Source: Saccostrea echinata (Eukaryota). From it: a DNA stretch of 64,000 bases. This document shows positions 51,335 to 64,000 of this stretch, piece by piece (position 1 is the first letter of the stretch; the number at the start of each line of letters is the position of its first letter). The DNA is taken from positions 20,026,001 through 20,090,000 of the forward strand of contig NW_026889805.1 of NCBI RefSeq assembly GCF_033153115.1, read 5' to 3'. The translations under genes and the position numbers were made by a program. Under the pieces are notes generated by a model. It did no database searches, was not told the DNA's origin, and was given only the letters and a program-made list of their open reading frames with translations.

Positions 51335-51670
51335 GAGCATACGCAACGTAGTTTGAACTTTATTGTCTTTTTCCCTGGTGTTGAAGAGTTCTAATACTTA
51401 AAGGAACTGTGTGCTACATTTTATGTCTATAAATGCTGTTGTACACTTCTTCTAAAACAAGTTTGGATAAACAAAACATCTAGAATATATGTTTAGTAAT
51501 TTTTGTTTATTTTTCTTTAAATTATACAAGTATTTTCATCAATTGATATCTTTTCAAAACCCCTGGTAATGCATGCTGATTTTTTGTCTACGAACATCTG
51601 ATGGCACTATAATCTTAAATTAAGAGTATCTTGAAAAATCATCAGTAGGTAAGGTACGTTGCGTATGTCC
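51335..51670. mobile_element. Kolobok-like MITE
   Basis: TIR G(AG/GA)CATACGCAACGTA, TTAA on both sides. Confidence 0.8.
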
Positions 51671-51878
51671 TTAAGTGCAGGTTGATAATTAAGTGTTTGG
51701 ACATTTTTTTTAAATTCACCCTTATTTCTTTTTATCCAGGAGATATAACATTTTAAATTTTGCATATTTCAGAATTACCATAGCTTACGCTAATACCAAA
51801 TATAAGCAAAATTACGAACCAAGTCACTGTTATGTACTATTTTGTATAAATAAGATGTTAACAAAATACCTGATTGCG

Positions 51879-54800
51879 TCAAAATGTACACATGCATTTT
51901 CCAAACTCGTATTTCTGTCCCTTTGGACAAGCAAAATCAATCAAGCCCATGATTCCGATCTGCATCCTGAAATAACTTTCCCCAAGTGGCGAGGGCATAA
52001 GCGGACAACCTGCTTACCAAAATAATTCATGCTAATAAAAAGCAAAGCAATTGGAGTAGCTGATTTGCAAAGCTGTGGTTGATTACAAATTCACTGCTGG
52101 TAAATATTTTATGTACAACTGAGTGTGTACATAAAATTTTATAGTAAATACATGCATAAAAAGGTTTATATAAACAAGCATAAGAACTTAATTGAAACGT
52201 AAAAAAATGCAGTGAAATTCATTTTTACTTGTACTTTGCAGTAACATTTTTTTCAATTGAAAAGTGATATTTATGAGTGTGGTATATATATACACACATT
52301 TTCCGACTTACCTGGAGTAATATATGTTGTTTTAGGTGTTGTTGACTTCGTGGCTAAAGAATTTAAAAGAAAAAGCTTGTAACTCATTTAAATTAGATGA
52401 TATAAAAAATCACCACCTCTATTTAACTGATACTTCGAAGTTATATAATTTGTACCTTCTTTCACACAACCACATTGAGTTTGATTGAAAACGAAGCCAA
52501 AATCACATTGATACAGGACGTCACCGTGTCCCTCCACATACAAAAGGAAGTAATCCTCACCCATATCAGACACCTTCATCGAGCAGGGGGAGGCCGCTGG
52601 AGTAAAATAATGAATTATTGATCCATTTTATCTAAGCGTGCCAGTGAATAGTTTGAATATTTTGATTTCTATATGAATTTTAAAAAAAACGTTGAATCTC
52701 ACTTGTTTGTCTTGGTCTTGGGGTGTTATTGGCACCATTTGACGTAGCATCTGCGAAAAATCAAGGAAAATAATCTGTACATATGATAAATATCAATTAT
52801 GTTATAGTGATAAAGAACATACTGGCACAAAATGCTAGTGCATCATCTCTTGTTCTCTCTCCATAATTCAATATAATAAATAACGAAGAAATTGCAACAC
52901 GAAAAGGTTGTAAAATTTGGTTGAAGGAGAATTCTTTTTACTCTCTTCTAGTAAGAAATTATATCAAGGTAACTATATCTGGAATTGACTTGAAGTAGAG
53001 ATGGAATACAAGTAATAGATGTTAGTGATAATAAAACACTTCTTTCTTATGTTACACATAAAAACAGTTCAATTGTTTACACAATTCAAAATGTCCATCA
53101 GACAAGGATCTTTATACCTTTTCCTGTACATTTACAGAGTTCATTGTCAAAGCGTTGGCCTATAGGACAGTCGTAGGACACCCACTGGCTGATTTCGTCC
53201 ACAAACTGTCGGTATGTTCCGTCCCCAGTAGATGAAAATGCACATCCTAGAGAAGGCGTAATGGAAATGAAGATGTAACTGGTAACTTAAAGATTTTTTT
53301 TTTCATCCAACCAGTATCTTTATACGTATACTTTATAATAACATCGTCAAATTACGGTTTTCATCCAATCACGTCTTCTACGTCATCAAAAGTATTAACA
53401 TGTGAGGCGAATTACCATAAGAAGCATTATGAAAGAGGTGCTGAAGAAATTATGTTCCCTACGAATTTATAGTGTTCCAAGTTAAAACAAAATAGTTAGT
53501 ACGTGTGTATTTGGTACTTAAAAAGAATGATAGGAATTTTTTCCCCTACACATTCCGATGTCAAGCTTGAATCCTCTCTCTATCTAGGCAAGGAACAATC
53601 ATTTGATCCATTTTGAATCTTTATAAGTTAAGGATGATTTTATATTAGTATGACTAATTGTAGCCCTTTTGTGAAATTCCTTTAATTTGATCTTGGCAAG
53701 ATTTTTTTTAATAAGATTTGTTCCACAGTATATGCCCATGCCAATTTTTAATTTTGCAAATGAAAATATATAATCATATTTTATTATTAACTTATGTCTT
53801 TTAAATATATTTCTTTCTTATCCGAGTTCCTTTATAGGTCACAGCATAATTATTCCACCTTGTACTTATAAAAAAAATCATGTGTTTCTGACTATGAAAC
53901 ACCCAGTCATATACCGTCTGTTGGAGAATATGTAGGTTTTTAAAGTTTTAAATTAAAAGAAGAAATATTAAAAACGCAAACGTAAAACTTTACCAGCTTT
54001 TTGACAGGAGCGTGTTCGAACATTAAACTCGGTGTGAATAGGACAATCATTTGATCAATTTTGAATCTATGCGGTAAGGATGATTTTATATTTAGTATAA
54101 CTAATTGTAGTCCTTTTGTGAAATTCCTTTAATTTGTTCTTGGCAAGATTTTTTATGAGATTTGTTCCTTATATACATGTATGCCCATGTAAGCTCCTAC
54201 TGTGGCGTTATCCAATGCCAGGGCACCATGATTTGAACAATTTGAATCTTGACTACTTTGTGATGTTAGTATATCAATAATCCTAATCATTGTTCTTCTC
54301 TTCTTAAAAAGACTTCGAAAGTTTTTTTTCTTCTAACCACGGAAACTATCACTTGAATTAACTAAAGGAAGCTTTCACTAAAGTAAAGGTTTCTTTTATG
54401 GGATTTTTTTTTTGGTTCTTGAGGAGTGTTTTTAAATGACTATCCCTTATTTTTTCTATTTAGTAATCATCTCTCCATGAAAAAGCGCAGTCCGTTATTT
54501 GAACAAACTCTAATCCCAGCGCTGAAGGATATTTTGTGTCAAGTTTGAAATTGATCCAGTGCTTTAGAATGGTGTGAAAAATGAACGACAGAGGGACAGC
54601 CGAGCGAAAATTTGATTAGAAAAATTCATAAGCTCAGGTGAGCTGAAACAATGTACTCTTCACGTGAATAGATTTCTCTAGTCTTTCATTCATACATTTG
54701 ACGTATATAATTACGCACATTTGTTTATTGGTGTTTCCTTTTCATTCATAAAATATAAAAGTTCTTCTACCAAAATCAATAGGTTCAATGGATTTTACAT

Positions 54801-57800
54801 CTTTGTACTTAAAATCAAATGTAGACATTTTATTTTCACAAAAGGAACAAATAAAATAAGCTAGTATATTTACAACTACTGAATGTCTATCGATAATTTA
54901 AACTCAATACATGATTTGTATTTCACATAAACGTTCAACTATGCTATGCGTTTATGAAGGAGTTGTGAGTGGTTCTTTCTTCACTTTATGCATGGTTATA
55001 GTTTGTCCCTAGGTAACAACGTCATTATTTTCTGCATCTAATTTAAAATCTTGGCCTTCAAAGTAGTTTCGATCAAAGAAGTATTTGTTTTTAACTTTCT
55101 TATTTTAAACGATACCTGGAGTTTAATGGGTGTACACTCCAGTTAACTCAATTAAAATGATAATGACGGATGCAGAAAATTTCAAAATTGCGATGAAAGG
55201 AAACCTCCATTTTTTGTTCTTGTGATACTAAGACAATAAAAATAACATAAAAACCAACTTTCTTGCTTTCATTTCATATAAAATCATGCGATTTTCGGGA
55301 GTCCTCCTCCTAAGGAGGAGGAGATTTAGTTCTAAAAGCTTATTCGAAGTCTTCGACTTCAAATTAGCCTACACTTGAAGAGAAAGGAATATACGCCACT
55401 GTCTATATTTGTAAATTTAATAAGCTTCGAATCCAATCGCTTAACAACGAAATACTCATTCATACATGTAAAAATAGAGGCATGTTTACTCACCTGTTTT
55501 ACCACCATTTTTATTTGGACCTCTTCCTAAAAGACAGAATGCGAACAAGGAGTGATAGTAAATCTAACTATAATGTCTATCGAATGCATATTTTAGGCAA
55601 TTTTTTGAAATCTGCAAAGGGTTAAAACAGAATTTGTATTATGTAAATAACATATTATGATATTTGAAATAATTTCTTCAAAACACTTTTTATTGAATCT
55701 TTTATAATTTCTTATGACATATGTACAATACGATGGCCTTACCAGTATATACACATGCGCAATCACTATCACTAAACACCTGCTCAACAGGACAATCATA
55801 GTAGACCCAGTCACCAAGTGAGGCCAAAAACTCCATATATCCGTTGTTTTTCTGAACTTTCAGGCAGTCTTTATGCATAATGACAAAACATAGACTTATT
55901 TTTTGAATGTGGAGGAAAAAATTATTCATGGGGGATCATAATACCACAGGCATTAGACGAATGATTGGTGTAATGGTTAATATATGAAAATACTAAAGAT
56001 AAGAAACAAAATCTTGTAAACACGCAGGGGCCCCGCTTCGTGGGAGATTTTCAACATTAATACAGTATTACCAATGAAATTTATGCAAGAGGCAGTTCAG
56101 GGAGATGAACTGGGGATTATTTACCAGACTTCCTTCCTTAATCTTAACAAGAGGTCATCAAGTACTTCTTTCTTTAGCGTAATTAATGAAAGATCCAAAG
56201 ATAGCTAAACGGAACTCCTTGGATGTTTTCCACAACCAAAAATCAAAACCCCCGTTTGCTTGTCAGCGAAAGGAAATTGGGTAAGTAAACGTGCATTTAG
56301 GGCAAATAAATCACTTTGATCGGGTGTTACTATAAGAGGTTTGTAAAACAGCATCTCCCTGAACAGCCTTTTGCATAAATTTCATTGGTTTCATTGAAAA
56401 TCTTTCTCGGAGTGGGGGCACCATGTGTGTTTACGAGATTTCGTTTCTTACCCTTAGTATTTTTAAATACTGTAAAGCGGCAATCTCTAAAACAAAAACG
56501 GAAAATGATATATCGAAGTATTGGTATGATAGACTAGGAATTCGTGTATATTTTCTAAGTTGTGTGTCTAAAAAAATTCTCAGTAGGAGGGGAGGGGGGA
56601 TACACCAACCAGTCAGGTGTCTGTGCATAATACATACGCATTGAAGACATTTGATATATACATAACAGCGTGCTTTTAATATAACAATAATATTCATCAT
56701 ACTCCTTTACAACAATTAAAATTCTTGAATTTGCAACATTGTAATGTGCAATGCTTAAAATCTAGTGAAACCCTATCCATTACAAAATCAGCTTTCCGAC
56801 AGTATATACACTGATTTTCTTATATCATAACTTACCAGAAGTGTTGTTTCCAGAGTCCCCCGGATGTTTACCTATTACACAAAAAAGTTAATTTGTTGTA
56901 TACCCTTAAAGAAAGATTTTATTGAATGAACAGATTACCTCGGAAAGAGGAAATTGAAGATTTGTTTATTACAGGTTTTAAAAATTTCTTTATCATACCA
57001 TTGTGATGATCTGGTAGCGTCGGTTTAAGTGTTGTCAAACGCTTTATTGAACCTGTAAATATGCCATTCAACAAAGATTATCTGAGGTGTACAAGCAACA
57101 ATGTTCCGAAAACTAAAAAGCAGGTCAACCACAAATCCCACCCCTAGCTTCGCACCTTGATGATTATTTGTCAAAAATTCTACTTATAAAAGAAAAAATA
57201 AAAAGTTGACCATATGAACCCACTTTCTTTATCACATTTGCAGCTGTCTTTCTGGAAAGAAGTCCCCACGGGGCAGTCGTAGAAAATCCACGTCCCCAAC
57301 AGATCCACGAACTCTTTGTATCCTGTCTGGTCTTGTACGTACTTACATCCTGAATTTAAATTCACAGTAAATTTATCTTTTTTACATTTCTCTTCATATT
57401 TCCATATCATTTGAACCAATGTTAAAGCAAGATTAGCAAACTACATGTATAAAAAAAATTTCACAGAGAAGAGAACAATTTCGCAAAATTACATTTTATT
57501 TTGCATGTAGTCGGTAAGGGATACTTAATTTAAAGGTGCTTAGACACAGATTTGAACTTATATATTTTTTTCAAATTTTCTGTATAATATCACGACTTAT
57601 ATATTGCAGTAGCATTTCACACGAAAATATAATTAAAAACTTATTTTATCTGGAAATTATTGGAACTACGAATTCCGGGACGCGTTTGATTAACACATCT
57701 TTGCACTTACACAAATTTTAACTTTATCCTTAATATTTTAGAAAAGAAGCGATTTTGTTATGTATTAATGAAAAATATTACATCTATAATCCAAAAAATT

Positions 57801-60800
57801 CAGAGTAGAAATGTTCGAAAGCAAAACCAACTCACCAGTATTGTCAGTCCGTGCTCTGTGATGTGTACAGAGTTTCACAAATTGAACACACCCGTGAAAC
57901 GTAAACTGTTTTTGTAAACAGGGCACGAGCTCTGTTATTGTTTAATGTTTACAATTCACCGGGTGTGTTCAATTGTTAAACTCTGCACACACCACTGAGC
58001 ACGGACTTACAATACTGTGAGTGGGTTTTGTTTTCGAACATTTCTACTCTGAATTTTCTGGGTTATAGTTTTAATATTTTTCATTAATACACAACAAAAT
58101 TGCCACTTTTCTTAAGTATTAAGAATAAAATTAAAAATATGTGAAAGCGCAAGGATGTGTCAATCCAACGCGTCCAGAAATTCGAAGTTTTGATAACTTC
58201 GAGAGGAAATAAGATTTTTTAATTATTTTTTAGTATGAAATGCTATAGCAACATATAAGTCATGAAATTATACAGAAAATTTGAGAAAATATTAACTTCA
58301 AATCTGTGTCCAAGCACCTTTAAAACTGTAGACCAACACTCAACTTGAATACTAAACTCTCAACTCTCAAAGTTATCATATGCCAAATTCGGTTCCCATA
58401 TCTGAATAAGTTCGCAAGACTTGTTGGTAAAATAAGTAGCATTTCAAATCAGAGTCCCCTTATATGTAACAATATAATTATTCCATCTTGTAAAACAATA
58501 CGTGACTAAGAAACACCCAGTCATATATATACCGTCTGTATATGTAGGTTTAAGAAGAAATATTAAAAGGTAAATGAAAGACTTTACCAGCTTTTTGACA
58601 GGAGCATGTTCGAACATTAAACTCGGTGTGAATAGGACAATCATAGTCCACCCAGCTGCCCACGGCCTGAATGTATCGCCTGTATCCACCAATCTTAGCT
58701 ACAGCCGGGCAATCTGTGATTATTATATACGTCAGAAATGCTCAACATATCAAACTGAAATTTCGAATTTGTTCTGTTAAATATTCCTTATGTCTATAAC
58801 TTAGAAATAGTCATCATGAAGATGCTGAATATTGTGACAAAATGAGATATTTCGCAAAAGATTTCAAACCTGCCGTGGTCACCCTAGATAAGGCTTCCGT
58901 TGATACTGGTAATGGTGTAGTTGTCACTGTTTGTACCACGTGGTCAGGGATATGAATGGCTGTTCCTCCACCTCCTGTTTAAAGTGATGGTCATGTAAAT
59001 GTAAAATATTTTATATGAGTTTTTAAAGAATTATGGATGCAAGCACTATAAAGATTAGAAAATGTATCTTTCATAAATAAACGAATATTACGTTTGCAAA
59101 AATAGAAGCTTAATTTGTCTTTTAAACTAATGAGATACATTAAGCAGTTAAATATTCAGATAAAATACCTTCATTGACACATTTACATAAAGATGGGCTA
59201 TAAATGTGGCTCTTTGGACAGTCTGATATCACCCAGTCTTTGATTTCCTCAATAAAGGTTCTGAAGGACGTTAAACCAACAGCCTCGTGTTTGCAGTCTA
59301 AAACATCAAAATTGTTCATATAGATTCACGTTTGATTAAGTTTGTATAAGGAAAGGGGCAGATCTCTTTAATGATGAAAAATTTCCTCGCGATTTTGAAT
59401 AATGCATAATAACTTAAATAATTATGAAGTCTACTGTTGCAACAGGGGATAAAATTCTATATCTAAAATATTGAGTCTTCTCTCTTTATCTAATGTACAT
59501 GTATAACAAAGAAATAGTCTTTTAAGGGTCAAAGACTAAAACTGCATATTAAAATCTTTCTTTTTCTAAATTATATTAATTTAAATATTAAGTATTAATC
59601 AACAATTGACAGGATTCTCGTAAAAAATCGCACCTTGCTGGACACATTTACATAAGCTGGGACTGTACGAGAAGCCATTCGGACAGTCGGACGTTACCCA
59701 CTCCCCCAATATGTCTATGTATTCTTTGAAGGAGGATTTATCAACCGCTATAAACGGACATCCTGAAATCATTAAAATATAACAGAATATCCTGGTAATA
59801 TAAAATAATATATAGAGAATTTTCCTCTTTATTTTGTTCAAAATATCATTTACATGTATATTCAATATAAATTACAGTATTTCACTTTTGAAAAGATAAT
59901 TTTTGATCATGCATTAGTATATACTAAATTTGTGTGAGATAATTAGTTGTAAATCGATTTTTAAATGGGTGAATTGATGATTATACTCTTTACCATTAAT
60001 AACAATAGTTTCAGGTTCACATCTACAAGCAGCTTGTTTGAACACGTGCTCTGGAGCGCAGTCTGAATACACCCACGACTGGATGTTTGCCACGTATTCT
60101 CGAAAAGAAGATTTTCCAACAGCAATGTATGGACATCCTATTAATTGTTATTGAATCAAATTTTACCAAATAACTAAATTTTAGATAGATATCATTTACT
60201 CAGTATTTGAGATTGTGTTTTATAATAAAAGTCCTTTCTTAAGCATAAAAGATTATGTACATCAACTGTCAAATTATTGCCAGATAACATATATAAAATG
60301 TTTCAATAAAAACTTTCTTTAAGAAGCATATGTTTTTTTAATCTATATCCAACAAACCGGGCGGTACTTCTTCTGTGGATGTCAACACTGTCAATAAAAA
60401 CAAAAGGAAATAATACAAGCACCTGATGATACTTATTTTTCTTTAAATAAAAAAATATACCCCCTACCTAATAATATCATTTGGTAGGGGGTATATTATT
60501 TAAAGAAAAATAAGTAACTTCAAGTGGCTGTGGGAAATAATAAAACAACATTCTTATTCAAATAAAGCAGGGTTACTTGAAGACGAAAAGAAAAGTACCA
60601 GGTGCTGTTGAAATGGGAGATGCTGTTGTCTTGACGAAAGTATCGTGGTCTCCGTCCGGAGAAGTTCCTGGAGGAAACCGATTCGTATACTATAGTACAT
60701 CAAACTTCAAAGTAAAACTAATTCGGGCTGATATTATGTTTGCTCATTAAAAATGTTATTCTTCTTTTTCATATGTTTTTGCATTTGTTTCCGAAAGATT

Positions 60801-63800
60801 TTACATAATTTTGTAAACTGTTGAAACAATAAAAAATATTTTCAAAAAACGATGGTAATTCTGCATCATAAAGGGTTCATTGCATAGGAAAAAGGTTTAG
60901 TACCCTCTAAAACACATCCGCATTTTAGCTGACTGAATTCATAACTTTCACCACATTCGGAAAACACCCATGTTTTTAATACATCTATGAATTCCCGAAA
61001 TGCCTTTTTCCCCTCTTTCACATACGGACATCCTGAAAATGTTATTAGAAAGATATTTGATATTTAAGTACATAAGTAATTCTTTTTTGTAAGTTTTATT
61101 AAGGGTGTTGTTGATTCAAATTCCAAAATGCTTGAATGAGTTAGAAACAATGAAAGCTGTACCTTTAGGAATGCCTATCGTCGTGATATATTCTGTTGTT
61201 GTTGCTGTTGTGCTTATTTCTAAGAAAAGAAGTTGATAGAAAACAACAGGAAAATAACTAATTTTGATTCAACGTGCAGAAACAATATTGTGCCAAATGT
61301 TTAGGGAATCGCTGTTTAGTTTGTTTGGTATGCCAGGGCATCAACGACAGTTGGGAACAAAGCCCGTTAGGCATAAATTATCCCACGTTTCCATTTGTCG
61401 TTGATGTCACTGGCATACCCAACAAACTAGACAGGGGTTCGTAATATTTATATGTGAAATAAAATATAAATAAAAATTTAAAATGCTTCGCCCCTTATGC
61501 AGATTGTCCCACTTTTCCAACTATCATTGATGCCCTGGTATACCCAACAAACTAAACAGAGGTTCCTTAAACATTTGGCACAGCGATTTCTAAAATATGT
61601 TACACATAAAAAGAGTTTTATCTTCATACCAGTACAAATTATATTTTTGGAATTCATATTTCTTATGCTTTCATTATGACATGGGTGAAAAACATGCTCA
61701 GTTCATACCAGCAAGGATTTGAACCCATTTACGAAGAAAAACACCCGCAATACACGACCAACTTGCTTAATCGCTTGACCATTCTCTACTCAACTGAATA
61801 CCAAGGCATGGAAGTACCGTTCTTGCATATCGGAGGTGTAATAAAAATTGTTTTTAACTTTTTTTTTTGAAGATATGCCTATTTGAAACAAAAATTGAAA
61901 AATGGCTGTTTTGAAGAGAATTCCTTGATCTTAATGTTCATACAAATTTAATTCTGCTACGATGAGTTTTTTTCTTTTCTTTTTTTTTCCAGAGCAATGC
62001 ATGGAGATTCACTATAGAAAAAGAACAAAACCTGTTAAATTCTGCTATGTGCTTAATTAAATTCCATTTCATCATATAATAAAAATCGGTATAAATTTAC
62101 CAAAATGGACATCTTTTTCTTTTACTTTAAAAGTGTTCGTATTATATTCTACAGCTTGAGGGGAAATAACAAAAGACTTGAATTTATGCAATTGGACACA
62201 TACCCATCATTAACCGAGGGTAAAAGTTCAATCTCGATAAAACAATAGTTAAAAGTTACCCATTGGATTAAAGCAGCCACATCTTTCCAGACTGAACTGT
62301 TGGTGATGGGGGCACTGGAAACGAATCCAACCTATGTCAGCATTTATGTATCCCATGTACGAAAACTTGTCGTCTGCAATCTCCTGGTACTTACAAGGAC
62401 TCACTATTTTCGTGAAAATGAAAGAGAAAATGGCTAAATTAATCGATGTTTTCATTTTTCATTAGTTTAAAAAAACGTGTTTTAACTATCGAAAGTCTTA
62501 TATATTCTGTTTTTTTTATAGTAAATAACTTTGAATCATTCATTGTTAAGTTTGATGATGTAGTTGTGGCTATATCTAGAAATTTATCGTGGCCTTTGGG
62601 CATAAACGGTTTAATAGACCATTCTGAATTGAGAGTGGACATAACTTTGTTGACGCATTAAGCAAACATCCACTTCAATAGACCTGTGTTCTTATCAGTT
62701 TAGAATAATTATCAATCTCACACCCACCTACCTCCAGATGGAACTAAAGGGGATGTATTAAAACTTAACTGAAACTTCTGACATTTTACTTATACAGAAA
62801 ATTAGTCGACCGATTGATATAAATGCTATATTCATATATTTAAAGGTTGTTTCACCGAATAACTTCTTTCTACTTGAAATGCTTGTCAATGTGTATGTTG
62901 GATAAAGGCAACTTTTACAAACACACAGAAAGATGTGTTATTTCTTTGTACTATATACTAGAATATACTTGTTGGAGATAATTTTGTTGAAGGCGACGTC
63001 GTCGTTGTTTTCATCACTGTCGTTGGATTTGTTGTTTCTCGTTTGCCGAGAGTAGATGCTTTGGTCGATAACAAAGAGACAGTCTGTGTCACGTTCGTTG
63101 TTACTGATGTATTTGTTGTAGAAGTTAGATTATGGTCATGTGGTGTCGTTTGATTTTTATGGATATTCGAATGTTCTTCAGAAATTGAAGACGACGTCGA
63201 AACTAATGGAGCCAGTGTAGTATTGTGAGCCATTGAAGAATTATCCATTTTGTTGTCTTCCGTAGCAGACGGTGTGGACTCTTTGGTCGCTGTTGTCGAT
63301 TCCAATGTATGGTTGTCATGCTTGTGTTTGTTGATAGTTGTATAGCTCCAGCTACTCGTCGATAACACTGTTGTAGTGGAAACTTTGCTTTCATTATCAA
63401 AGTCAGTAGATTCTGTCACTATTGGTTTTACTGATGTCAATGGTACGTGAGAATCTGATGTTGTCTCTGGTTTGGAAGAAGATGATAACATTTCGTTCTT
63501 ATCGGTGGTACGTTTATCTGATGTTGATGAAGTCTTTGGAGATGTTGTTGTTGTTGTTATTGATGTTGTTCTTACACTTGTTTTCCTTTGTGTTGTTGAT
63601 CGATCTGTTGTTGAGCTAACTTCATTGGGTGTGGTAGGCGGATGAGGTTGTGATGTTGTTTGTTTTGTTGTTGTAACTGACACTATGTCTTTATTTGCTT
63701 TTGTTAGAATCTCTATTTAAAGGAAGAAAGGTACATGTATTACTTTACAATAATATAACAGGACGTGGGGAAATATGGCTAATTCTACCAATTTCAATAT

Positions 63801-63975
63801 TTGCCTGTTAAATATCTCCAAGGCGTACCTTCCATTTCAGGATAATCACACCTGCACCATCTCGCTATGAATACAGTTTTAGGGGGGCACGGCATTTCTA
63901 GCCATTTCCCCCAGGGAGTCAATCGTCGGTAATACGTGGGTCCCCTCTCCAGTGAAGGCTCTAAATCACAGGTCA
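51879..63975 (-). CDS. Mucin-like protein with 12 four-cysteine chitin-binding type-2-like modules (5' part beyond the window)
   Basis: Module exons at 63975-63829, 62403-62260, 61032-60904, 60137-59994, 59762-59634, 59297-59169, 58713-58588, 57349-57224, 55868-55743, 53246-53118, 52596-52456 and 52009-51879 (stop); internal ones are phase 1-1. Consensus C-x(about 21-26)-C(P)-x4-F/Y-x4-C-x-C, usually with a Trp before the second Cys. A Thr/Ser-rich exon at about 63712-62969 and short linker exons lie between modules. A possible 3'UTR intron starts just after the stop, with a last exon near 47.7-47.8 kb. Confidence 0.8.
53590..54650 (-). mobile_element. HINE/satellite remnant with local duplications
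   Basis: Reversed HINE start AGCTCAGGTGAGCTGAAA at about 54632-54649. The segment 53591-53740 is duplicated at 54040-54190. Confidence 0.6.
55987..56465. mobile_element. MITE with about 120-bp inverted arms
   Basis: AAAATACTAAAGATAAGAAACAAAATCTTGTAAACAC / GTGTTTACGAGATTTCGTTTCTTACCCTTAGTATTTT, plus inner ACCAATGAAATTTATGCAA / TTGCATAAATTTCATTGGT. Confidence 0.75.
57534..58319. mobile_element. Fold-back MITE, Kolobok-like
   Basis: TTAA TSD, TIR AGGTGCTT(A/G)GACACAGATTTGAA, inverted arms of about 370 bp. Confidence 0.85.
60416..60532. mobile_element. Short hairpin MITE with 10-bp TSD
   Basis: Inverted arms TACTTATTTT..TATACCCCCTACC / GGTAGGGGGTATA..AAAATAAGTA, flanked by GGAAATAATA on both sides. 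Confidence 0.75.
61289..61581. mobile_element. MITE
   Basis: TIR TGTGCCAAATGTTTA / TAAACATTTGGCACA, with internal CCAGGGCATCAA inverted repeats. Confidence 0.75.
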
Positions 63976-64000
63976 CTACAACATACATTTAAGGTCAAAA

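Noticed and set aside
61700-61785. tRNA gene on the minus strand (B-box GGTTCAAATCC)
   Set aside because: No convincing cloverleaf; at most a degenerate tRNA-derived SINE head.
62439-62780. Extra linker exons of the mucin-like gene
   Set aside because: Plausible composition, but I could not find phase-compatible splice sites; left unmodelled.
917-63619. Most short ORFs in the six-frame track
   Set aside because: They are intronic, antisense to real exons, or repeat-derived, many with non-ATG starts; the real genes are spliced.

Overview
AT-rich eukaryotic genomic DNA with spliceosomal introns; the repeat families suggest an ostreid oyster (inference). Hand-splicing recovers six multi-exon genes that the ORF track only shows in fragments. 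Four are tandem + strand paralogues carrying a MIEAP/SPATA18-like C-terminal domain behind a coiled coil (about 2.6-13.2, 22.7-26.5, 31.5-34.8 and 37.0-43.7 kb). One is a convergent HSPA12-type atypical Hsp70 (44.3-46.5 kb, -). One is a 5'-incomplete mucin-like gene with 12 exon-encoded four-cysteine chitin-binding-like modules (51.9 to >64 kb, -). Introns and spacers are full of non-autonomous transposons (Helentron/HINE satellites, mariner, hAT, Kolobok-, Ginger- and piggyBac-like elements, RTE and SINE fragments), and one carries a minimal hammerhead ribozyme. The main candidate for an undescribed system is the MIEAP-like array plus HSPA12. The MIEAP-like C-terminus resembles the GrpE nucleotide-exchange-factor head. 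The same IRF-type 14-mer (AAA[A/C]CGAAAGTAGA) lies at the 5' end of three MIEAP-like genes and of the unrelated HSPA12 gene. Together these suggest a clustered, co-regulated and possibly immune-induced Hsp70/GrpE-like module. This is a hypothesis: no searches were run, and all exon models were read by eye.
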